43,756 nt of DNA, taken from positions 1 to 43,756 of the forward strand of contig JAAPAO010000280.1 in the NCBI GenBank assembly GCA_013115145.1. The letters are read 5' to 3'. Position 1 is the stretch's first letter; the number at the start of each line of letters is the position of its first letter. A program made the translations under genes and the position numbers. Positions 12,236 to 22,610 of the stretch are shown here, one piece after another. This DNA comes from Perkinsus chesapeaki ATCC PRA-425. Taxonomy: Eukaryota; Protista; Perkinsozoa. The notes under the pieces were generated by a model. The model was not told the origin of the DNA. It worked only from the letters and a program-made list of their open reading frames with translations, and ran no database searches.

Positions 12236-13302
12236 ATGAGGGGCGAAGTTTCCAAACCGGCTATGAAGAGAGGTAAGCTTCAGTTTCGCTAAGCTTGGGA
12301 CTTACTGCGGTCACTGTGTCGGTGCGAAATGAGCAATACTAAGGATTCGTTATTTTTTGCAAGGTGAATGATAAGGCATGGTGAATTGCAGTGTTTTCTG
12401 TGCGAATCTCACCCTTTGGCACGTTAGTTGATATTACTATTTTATATGAATAATTTTCCCAGATAATTCCAATGCGCTGTTGTAATCGGACTCGAGTATT
12501 TCTCATGTACTCAAATGAATTTCGCCAGAAAAGTTGCTGATCAGTTTCTGTTCTTGCTCAGGTGCGTCATCTAACAGTAGCAGTCGTAGTGCCAGGAAAA
12601 ATAGCTCTGTGAGAAGCTTCAGCGTGAGGGAGATGAATTCGTCTACGTTATCGGCGCCAGCGAGACTGTTCGATTCCGAAGCCGGTGATGGGTCATTCGA
12701 TGATTCTAGTGATTCTGGAGAGATGAAAGGAGAAGAAGTGACTCTTCCAAAAATGAAGAAAAACAAAAAGTAAATCCCCTCGCCGAGGTTCGAACCTGCG
12801 CCCAGTGGTTGTTGGGAACTTTCAGGTGTTTGAAGAATCTCAATTGTGAACAGCTTGCCAAGCTTCGACGGATGATCAAAGCTTTGGAGACCCTCGAATG
12901 GACGCCTTATCCTTGCGACTGGAGGTATTCACTATCATTCGACTACAAGCTGAGCGGCTCTTCAGAATCGATTGGTAAACTTCAGTGGAGCGAGGTTTTT
13001 TCGTTTTAGTATCGTGCAAGGTACCAACAATAGTGAAGAGAGTGCGTCCAAGTGGGAGCGGTATCTTGTATATTATAGGAAACCAAGGGTAAGCTGAATA
13101 AAGATGCAATTTTCTAACTGTAATTTTTGTAAAGGCTTCTCATTTGAAGTGGATCCTTGTGAAATTCGGGTACAGTTTGAAATGCTCTTATTACGACATT
13201 ACTGTAGCCTCTAAATTAAAAGGGGAGGAGGTCTCATTAATCATCACGATCATTTCAGTGACTTGATATTGAACCTGAGCGATAGGACTTAACGTCGCGA
13301 CA

Positions 13303-14323
13303 ATGAGCGGTTACGTCACACGAGAATGCCCGATTGAGAATTGCACGTTAATCGATAGGAGTATCGCGGCTCAGTTTTGTCGTTTCTTCAGATAGAGAAT
13401 CCTGGTAACGGAGCACACTTGAAGATTATCAATATTGATGTATCGAAGTCTGGAGCAGGCGATAGCGTTCTGGCGCACATGGCATCGAATAGGTAGCCGT
13501 TTAGGGGTATTAACTTTTCCATTCCAACATTCAGGTTCTTATGGTTGCCAAGTGCCGACGTCGACGCTGAGGATGGGTCGCCGTGTACTACTCAGTCAAC
13601 AGAGACGAGCACCAAGCATTCGGCCTCGAAAGTGAGCTTTATGATCTTATAAAATTTCTCCATACTGTGTATTTGATAATGATTTTTTGTCAGTTTAGTA
13701 AGTAGAATATATAAATAAGTAGTAGTCATACCAGTGTTTTCCTCCTCGGTCGCCCTATCAACTTTTTGCGAAACCGTCGATAAATTGCGCGTAGCAAAAT
13801 TATAGAACATATTTTTTGCGCAAAAACCGAGGAAAACCCATCGAAAGTGAGCAGAGTTTATAACCTAATAGTAGAAAGAGTAATAGACTTCAATTCTAAC
13901 CTTCTTACCAATCCATGTATCCTATAGAATATCATCCTAATCAAACATCATGTGTAGTATCATCACGTAATAATAATAATTACACGATTTTGGCAATTAT
14001 ATATTATACGGTGAATCAGTTGTAGTAGTCAGTTAGAGAATATATAATAGGTTAAGAATGACGAGCCACATGCTAACCAATAATATTGATTGCTTCCAGT
14101 GGCGTAGCTGGGTACTTGACATTGGGTATTGACATGACGAAGCAATTTGCTTCATCAAAAAGGAGTTTATTTCTCTAAAGAGGACAATGTGGGCGGTTAT
14201 TCTATCATCAAGGAAATTGAACGTCCTGAAGTCATGGCTGTTCTGCTTCAGGTTTTAGCGAGGGCACCGACAACAGCTATATCTCCACCGTCATCATCAA
14301 GACGCTATAAGATGTCACTTTAG
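13303..14323 (+). CDS. Multi-exon hypothetical protein (approximate)
   Basis: Joined exons IENPGNGAHLKIINIDVSKSGAGDSVLAHMASNR|FLWLPSADVDAEDGSP..., later GVAGYLTLGIDMTKQF and KEIERPEVMAVLLQVLARAP. Confidence 0.35.
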
Positions 14324-14399
14324 ACAGCTACTGTTGTTGTGTAGGTCGGTTCCTTGTAACAGTTCTGTCATCAATCGTTTGTGTACTTTTGTCCCGTAT

Positions 14400-16090
14400 T
14401 TTACTACTCTCCTCACGACATCCGTAACCCGGCCTCCTGGCACCGCTATGTTGCCGCTAAGTTCATCAGACACTTAAAATGTATTTTACCTTGGTGATAC
14501 TGGCCTAGAAAGGGCAGCGGTATCGGTGGCCTTCAGCAGCTGTATAGGCAGTTCTTCATCTCACTTAGTAGTCTGGCATTATCAACAAGCTGCGTTACCA
14601 TCTGTAGGCCTCCTCATCATTGATAATATAAGATGTTTACCCACTTCTATGTTAATATTGCAGCTTTAGATAAATATGTTACTGTCACTTTTTGAGGAGT
14701 TGAGTTTTGCAGTCTAAGGGAGGTACAGCAAGGTCTGGAGAGTAAAACGTTATTACGGCCAATAGAAACCACGGCTAATGTCGAAAAGAGTGTCGAGGTG
14801 CATCGGGCGCTAAGGGTCCTCGTTAGTGTCACTTAAGGTCTGGGTGCCATGCCAAATTATTTGGAATCCACGATAGACCGATATATACCCAGGAAACGTC
14901 TACAAAGACGTATCTACGATGTATGCTGTAGCTCTAATCTGAAACCAATTGTCACTTTATCATTTATACGTATATTACTCCCTATCAATATAAGGTTATT
15001 GGTACAGTACTTCTGGCTCGGGCTGAAGTATAATATTATTATAATGATAGTATTTAATGATTATCTGATACATTATAACAATAGAGAAGCAACGTTACTG
15101 TTAGTTCTATGTTCTATCATACGAATATTAGTATTCGGTTGTGCCTGTGAAGTTCATCAGCTTTTGAATGGATACCGCCACTGGTGCTTCAAGCAGCACG
15201 CCGCGAAGTGATCCGTTTGTATCTTTTCGAGACTTTAAGGTCACAGTCCAGTTGTATCCCATTGGCAACGTAAACGGCCTCCTCTTCTTCCCATCACTCT
15301 CATCGTTCTTATAAGGCCCCGCCACTGAAACAGTGCAAGTTCGCGATGGCGGGGGAAATGCCGGTCCGAGTGCTAATGAACTTTTTGGAAGGCGCTGTAA
15401 GTCACAGCGGCGTCGACACAAGCGATCCGGCGCGCAGCCAGGTGGGAATTTCGGGCCTTAAAAATGTTGGTACGTCTTGCAGGTGTATGTGTACGTAAAC
15501 AATTTCTTCTATCCAACAGCAGACCAAATTATGGCCGACCTCTGCCGGGAATTTGGTAGAGTTGACCGCGACGCTGATGGAACGATAAAGGGAGGTGAGC
15601 TCGCTTGGCGGGAGGAGCTAAATAGGATGATGTAAAGAGTCCATGAAATGGCACGTTGCAGACTGCAAACACACGTTGCATACACTGCAGCTTGCAGTGC
15701 TTCTTGGTTGTTGTAACATTGCTTCCTTGAAATCAAGTATCCGACTGAGGGTCAATCAGTGTAAATCGCTCAGTGAGTGATATACAAATGAAATAAACCT
15801 CCCTCGCCGCCTTGCATATCAACGTCGAATGGAATGCTGAACTATAAGCAATACTCGTTTTGTCCTATCTGCGAAATGAACTTGTGATTTGCCACGCCCG
15901 TTGAATACTTGGCCGTTTGTCATGTCACGGAAAGTGACCTCGCAGGGTCGGAATTACTTGTTTTCGCTCACTATTGGGAATAATGCTACAGTGTTCATGC
16001 TAGAGTGCTTCCTATCCATCAAATATTTCTCCTCAGGCGTCCTTAAGCTCCACTACTCGGTGGGGCCAGCTTACGCTTAGCTACCTTCAC
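14400..16090 (-). CDS. Multi-exon hypothetical protein (approximate)
   Basis: Minus-strand exon-like frames VTFRDMTNGQVFNGRGKSQVHFADRTKR and GPYKNDESDGKKRRPFTLPMGYNWTVTLKSRKDTNGSLRGVLLEAP bounded by GT/AG. Confidence 0.35.
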
Positions 16091-16170
16091 CACTGCACTG
16101 TTGTCATGTACCTCGACTAAATGTCTTGTTATTTTTCCTAACATTCATCTCGCAGTTGTTTGTCTTGATT

Positions 16171-18616
16171 ATGGCTACTAGGGAGGCAAGGGAGGACAAA
16201 GCCTTGAAGCAAGCAGTTACGGTAGGCAACTTCCGTTCGCTGGTGAGTCCGATATTTTTCCGCTAAGATGCTCGTCTGTATGTACCGCGAGTTCTTTCCG
16301 CAATCTTCGCCTGGCAGCGGTCCTCCTGGTGTGGATATGTTCCGAGCGACGGCTTTGTGTTTCTTACATTTGTACTCGCTTTCTGAGCCCTATGCTATGA
16401 TAAAGGCAGAGGAGAATAATGTAAGCCAGAACATAGGCTATTTCCATGTGCATAAAATGGTCACTGCGGGAATGTATGCATGCGGTTGGGCACGTGTTGG
16501 CAAGGGAGGAAAAATTTCGGAAATTTCGTAACGTTCCGGGGAAGTTTTTCCATTTCCCAACTTCGAGTGCATTTCCTATATCATTCGATGATGAAGTTGT
16601 ACAGCAGAGCTGAGCAAGGCAGCTATTGGAGCCCCGGTGCTGAATATTGTTAGAACTTCCTCCAGTTTCTGCAATGAGCCGTACCTGGTGTGAAGGTCTC
16701 ATGAGTGTAGTTGAAATTCCTTCTGACGGCTGGCAAGAGCCTTTGATAATGAGAGTAACGGGATTATCGCACCTTACGAGAATGTAGAGGTAAAGGCAAT
16801 CTCCTGGAATCTACGAATCTATTGGATATAGAATAATATGAAGAAGCTGATAAGGTCGACACTCTTCAAGTTGCTGATATCGGACATGGCGTCAGACCGA
16901 CATTCGTGTTCCACTGTGATATTTATTATCCGATACTGTGTGGTGTGCATGCCATACATCCCTCCGTGTTGAAATGCCTACATGACGATTGCTGATGATG
17001 AATGATGCTACTTGGCTGTGTTTCAGTCTACCATACCTCTCACTTTAGCATGCATTTGGCTTGCTTATAAAGTAACTGACTCTAGTGAGAAATGTACTTT
17101 GCGGATGAGGGACCTCTTGCGATCGCACAACAGGTCAGACTTGCAGGGCTTCGCTTATATTCAGTCACTTTCAAATCAGATGGGCATCTGCGGTCCGTCG
17201 AGTTCAAATGAGCAAGGAAACGGTGAGACAATGGCTTGCAGGAATTCCTTATTTTTAGCAGTAAAAAGCGTACCGTTCCGACCGGGCCGAACACTTGGTT
17301 GTCGTGTTGCAAAATCCCCATCTCTCGCTGGGCGCGACTTGTACTCCTTAAAGAAGTGGCCACAGACAATCTTGTATTTGAAATCTCGGAAATTTTCTTA
17401 CTGAGCATAGAACGCTGATTAGGTTGAAATCTTATTTTCAGAGTGGGAAAGTCGGTATGATTACCGCGGTCAATCCGCCCGAAGAGGAGATAATAGAAAA
17501 GATATGCATAAAGGTATACCTGCCGTTTCGGACAAGCTGATCTCAGTCTTCAGGAGGGAGTGCTTCTACGGATATCCAAGTGCCAATTTGACCGAGACTT
17601 GGACCTTCCTGGACGAACATTGCGGATCGTACTGAGCGCGGTAAGTTGGCATTTGATCATCACAGTCTCATCCAATGAATCAGCTACTGTATTCTGTTTG
17701 AAATTCTCTGTCTTGGCTCGCAGTTATTTCGTATTACTAAGCTCTGGACTCCATAGCTTAGTAATGTTGACTCCAGAGTCTGGAGTGGCTCATACAATGA
17801 AGCTCTTAGATGGAGAACTCGGTGAATCTCTGCATTTGGTCTTTTCTCTTTAGGTGCTTCCATCATCCCTCTCTAATGAGGTGCGTGCTTCTCTTGTCAC
17901 CAAGGCCTATGAACTTATCGATTCTTCATACTTATCCCCGAAAATCGTAACGCAGCGTAGTGGTAGGATACTGTAGGTCAGCCAATCTGCTAGCAGTTTA
18001 CTATCAGGCGAGATAGTAGCCGTCGCTTGTGCAATGCTGTCCTTGCGGTTGTTCGGTGTTGTTCCCGTGCGTCAAAATGACATCATTGGTGGATCGGTAA
18101 GACCTTTCTTTTAAACGTATTCTTTGTAACCTTATAACCGTATTATCCTTCTTACCGTATTATCCTTCTTACCGTATTATCCTTCTTACCGTATTATCCT
18201 TATAATCGTATTATCCTTACAACCGTATTATCCTTATAACCGTATTATCCTTATAATCGTATTATCCTTATAACCGTATTATCCTTATAACCGTATTATC
18301 CTTATAACCATATTATCCTTATAACCGTATTATCCGTCTAACCGTGTGTGTGCAATCGAGGCTTTCAGTACTCTACGTGGTACGAGCCCTTCCTAGCCAA
18401 ACCGTGCCGTGCTGAAGAGGTTGAAGAAGTCGCCCGCGAAGTGGTTCTCGCGTACGTAGATGTGTTTTATGTACAGCCTCACTATTGCCTGTTAGATACA
18501 CATTGAATGAGAAAACGATGCAGGTGGCGTCCACGACGACGACAGTGTCACCTCCGTCCCCTCCTGCCTTGCAGCAGCAGCAGCAACAACACACTTCTGA
18601 TATTCACAGACTCTAG
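16171..18616 (+). CDS. Cyclin-like protein (transcriptional cyclin L/K/T-like fold)
   Basis: Spliced motifs TLACIWLAYKVTDS..TLRMRDLL, EEEIIEKICIK|EGVLLRISKCQFDRDLDLP, AYELIDSSY, GEIVAVACAMLSL and WYEPF...VEEVAREVVLAY match both cyclin boxes; poly-Gln C-terminus. Some 5' exon junctions are uncertain. Confidence 0.72.
18130..18335. repeat. Intronic 17-bp minisatellite CCTTATAACCGTATTAT x12
   Basis: Twelve units in exact 17-bp register from 18130; variants include CCTTCTTACCGTATTAT x3. Confidence 0.95.
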
Positions 18617-19289
18617 CATCTCAAATGTTTGTGTTGAGCTTGAGAAAGAATTCTATCGTGGAAAAAGCTAGCATCGCTTCACTGGCTTAAAATTCCTCAT
18701 TATTACCATGATTTTTGTGCATTTTGTTAGGTGCTCGATTCAACGTTAAGTAGCGCGTCTTCCTCCCGGCGGCCTATAGGAGAAATTGTATGAATCAGTT
18801 GCTTCGTCGCATCTTTTCAGGGCTCCATTTAGCACTGGTTATTCGAGGTGAGCCAGAACTCCCCAAACTGAAAATATAAAGTTCACTTTTCCGTGTTTGT
18901 GAGGTCTACACATGCAGTACGCGTTAGCAAGCTCCTCGAGAAGGGTGCGTGGCCCCGTTTGGTTAGCGGTTGATTTCCGGGAATTCTTAATTGGATTGGG
19001 TATTCTTGATTCTGTGATACTGTTTACGCTGATGGTCCGAAGTGTTGGCGTTCTCCCTCACGTAGTTTCAGAATTAATGCTGATGTCACAGCGGTGGCAA
19101 AGGGCTCTAACTGCAGCGGCGCGCCGCCAACGTCGCCCAGTCGGGCCGGACTACTGGAGTTCACAGCGAGGATTTTTCTCTCGAAGTCGGGCGAATAGGC
19201 AAAGTGCGTGTGCTTGGATTGATGGTGTTTTCTCTAATGGCATGGAGCAAGGTGCGGAAGCTTGTACCGCCGCTTGGCTTAGTACGGTT

Positions 19290-20575
19290 ATGTCAGTTGC
19301 GAACAACACTCCACTATGGGTCATGAAAATCGCTTCGCAGTTGCTTTTCTGGCCAACTTTTGCTTGGAATTACGTAAGCCAGCTCTGTGAACCATATATA
19401 TACCTCCCCGTGTCCGCCCGGTGAATTTATCATGCGAACGGATTGTCTTCAGCTACTTTACATCAGACGGTCCGATGACGGTTGGTACTCCACTATAGTG
19501 GAGCTTGAGACCGGAGGAAGGCTGCTGCTCGGCCCAGCACCTGTCTTCAAGGTGAGGTTTTCCTTTTAAGGCTTGCCTGGTCTAGAACACCGTTGTGGTC
19601 TTTTCATATCGTATACGAGGGACATCCTCTGCTGTGCGATTAACCGAGACCTCGGGGTGCCCGAGTTGGAGATGTTTTTCCCGTTTTATCAACTGTGGAA
19701 AAGTACTCGGTTATGACATGCGCCGGTCAATACTCAGAATTTACAGAAATTCTAGAGCTGCGAAAATGTAGTTTGATAACAAAGGATGTCTTTCCGAATT
19801 CATGGTTGTTTACATTTCAGTCGATGCGAGATACTCTTACCAAAACGGAGGGCGTGACGGTGTTTGTCAGCACCCTTCATCGAGACTTCACCGACTCTTC
19901 TGTGGAGTCGCATACATTCCCAATGGTAGACTTTGTGTCGCCCGACTTACACACCGTTGAAGAGGCGGTCGAGTAAGCCGGGAATCGGGTGCTGCGGTTC
20001 GAGTCGTATTAACATAGCTCCTGTTGGCCGGCAATGTACATGGAGTAAGGATGACAGTAGATCTCTATTTCGCAGCGTTTGGTCTTTGATAGGAGCTCGT
20101 TCTTATTACGAAGCACAATGGAGTCAGTGCCATCTTTAATACTGACACATTGGGCTAGTGTGACTGGCATCCGCTTGTTATGTGTATTTACTATTGCCTT
20201 TGTAAAAACTTGACTCGGGTCAATCCCAGTGTGATCCAATGGTCCTTATTAGGTATGTCGACGAGCGGCTAGCAGCAGGTAAGACCGTGTATGTGCACTG
20301 TAAAGCTGGGAAAGGCAGGTGAGCCTAATGAACCTGTCGTAATGTGTCGAGTGCCACTGTTGGTTGTAGGTCGGGGACTATTGTGATTTGCTGGTTGATG
20401 AAGCACTTTGGCATGTCCCCTGAAGAAGCCCAGGAGTACTTGACGAAAGCCCGCCCACAAGTTCTTAAAGTACGCTTGTGGTGTTAGTGTTTTATCATCA
20501 TGTCGGCTAAGATCGCGGTAGAATTTAGTGTCTGTTGCTCGAGAGACTGCTGAGGCGGTGTTGGCCATGCATTGA
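19290..20575 (+). CDS. PTPMT1: PTPMT1-like dual-specificity (phosphatidylglycerophosphate) phosphatase
   Basis: LLFWPTFAWNY|LLYIRRSDDGWY...LLLGPAP, FPMVDFVSP, active-site GKTVYVHCKAGKGR|SGT, and MSPEEAQEYLTKARP. Last exon uncertain. Confidence 0.82.
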
Positions 20576-20614
20576 AGATGGCACCTTGTGGTTCTCGTTC
20601 CCTCCGTTCCTAAC

Positions 20615-20694
20615 GACAGTTTGGCCGAGTGGTCTAAGGCGCTAGCTTCAGGCGCTAGTCCGAAAGGGCGCGAGTTCGAATCTCGCAGCTGTTA
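20615..20694 (+). tRNA. trnL-CAG: tRNA-Leu(CAG)
   Basis: Full cloverleaf: CTAGC-TTCAGGC-GCTAG anticodon arm, long variable arm TCC-GAAA-GGG, GCGAG-TTCGAAT-CTCGC T arm. Confidence 0.95.
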
Positions 20695-21123
20695 CTTACG
20701 TACCTCAACCCATTCCTTTCGTAGTGTCGTGCTCAACTAGTACTTATGTCGAAAGATCCGCTCCCGGGATTACCTTTTCCCCTTTTCTCAGATCCTCTCT
20801 AAGCGAGAGGTTGTCCAAGAGTACTATACGAAGCACGTAGCCAGTTCAAAGAAGACCTAGTGTTTCCATCTACCCGTGTTGTGAATCGTCGGGCAACGTG
20901 ACACTTCTGAAAAATGGATTCATGAATCGCTTCGCTCCGCCGAGATCAGTAGCGCGCGCCCTAATAAAAGATAACATCTGCTGTGAGAAAGCCAGTCTTC
21001 GGTAACTTGAGGCAAATCTCCTCTGTAACATTAAGCAGAGCTTTCCGAGTTAATTTATTAAACTGGGGGGATGAGAGGGACACTCGGTGTAGGTGGTAGC
21101 GTTGCCTCTTTTTGTGCTTTACA

Positions 21124-22107
21124 ATGCCGGCCGTTGGAAGGAACACTAAGATGCAGCAATGGCTCAACTACCGAGTCAGAGTCACATTGCATGACGGCAG
21201 AATTATGGTACTAATGAACTTCATATTGGTGATCATGACGTACTATGCTTAGATCGGGCAGTTCATGGCTTTCGACAAGCATATGAATCTGGTCCTTGCT
21301 GACACAGAGGAATTCCGGAAAGTAGTTTGACTTGGGGAATGGGCTGGTTGAATGCTTTGATAGGTCCGATCTAAGGGGGAGTCTGGATTGGGCGAGGAAA
21401 GGGAAGTTAAGAGAATGCTGGGTTTGCTGGTAATGATGAAATTCGAAGGGAATGCGATAAGTTGCGGTACGTAGATCCTTCGTGGTGAGAACATAATCTC
21501 AATGACGGCCGAGGCACCTCCACCGAATGTGAAGAAGAGCGAGGGCCCAATGGTAGTATTGTTGTCTTTGGTATTTCGGGAAAGTGTTCTCTTTTAGGCT
21601 GGTCCTGGTCGCGGGCACGCAGCTGGTCGTGGTGTCCCTATTGCACCACTAGGTCAGGGTCCTCAAGGGCTTACTGGACCAGTAATACCACACTTCCGTC
21701 TATTCGTAGTTTAATAACGCTTTGTCAGATTCGTGGTGTTGGCGGTCCTGCTCCTGCTCAGATGGCACCCGGTGCTCCTCCAGGTAGGTTATCCCTCGGG
21801 AATCTTAGAAGGCGAGCATGAAATCGACCCAGAAGGGTTACACTTAACGTTCATCGTTTATCTGGGAACATATTCGATGGCATATCTTCGCTAGGGGCAC
21901 ATTTCGACATCCGGGGATCCACGTTCATAGTTCCTAGCGGCTGTATGTTTCTCCTCCTGCTGACGTGATGTCTCCTTCAGGTATGCCCCCCATGCCTGGC
22001 TTCCCAGGGATGCCTCCGCCGCCACCAGGAATGATGCCAGGGATGCCCGGAGTAATAGCGGAGATTTTAGTGCGATTTTATGAGTGTGTGTTTTTCAGCA
22101 ACATTAA
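21124..22107 (+). CDS. SNRPB: Small nuclear ribonucleoprotein Sm B
   Basis: 8 exons (21124-21207, 21253-21321, 21364-21429, 21475-21552, 21598-21681, 21729-21783, 21981-22051, 22099-22107) give [37 protein letters not shown]...ILRGENIISMTAEAPPP plus a Gly/Pro/Met-rich tail. The last micro-exon is inferred. Confidence 0.95.
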
Positions 22108-22610
22108 GGACAACGTTTCTTCTCCTCATACAAGAGGAATTGGCATAAGAAGACTGCCTGTCGTAGAATGGTTAAGGAGTCTCAATTGGTTATATTATGT
22201 GGTGTTTAGCAGTGTGAATCTAATAGACAGTTGCCGGGCTTTGGTCTTGGAGAGGGACGGACGCGGGGATTTTTGAGCTCTTGGGATTGGTATTTTCTGA
22301 GGTGAATGGTGGATAAAGCGATGCTGTCAGAAAGGCTCGCAGGTATTCATATGCTAGCTCACTGCGGAATAAGGATGAGTTAATTCCGGGAATGGCACTG
22401 AATTTTTGTCTTCACAGAAGTAGTGGAGGATAATCACAGAGCATAGGTGTTGCTAGGAGAATGGAAAGATGTTTCCTTTTGGACTAGCTACGTATCTCCT
22501 ATTAAAACAATTCAATTGTATTCACTCCAAATCAATCGCGTTAGGAACACATCTTTATTAGGGTAGATGAGCCCTGAATAGATTACCATTGTAGCGTCGT
22601 TACTTTGTTA

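Noticed and set aside
12775-12810. tRNA-like GGTTCGAACC segment
   Set aside because: Only a B-box-like palindrome; no D arm, anticodon arm or acceptor stem on either strand.
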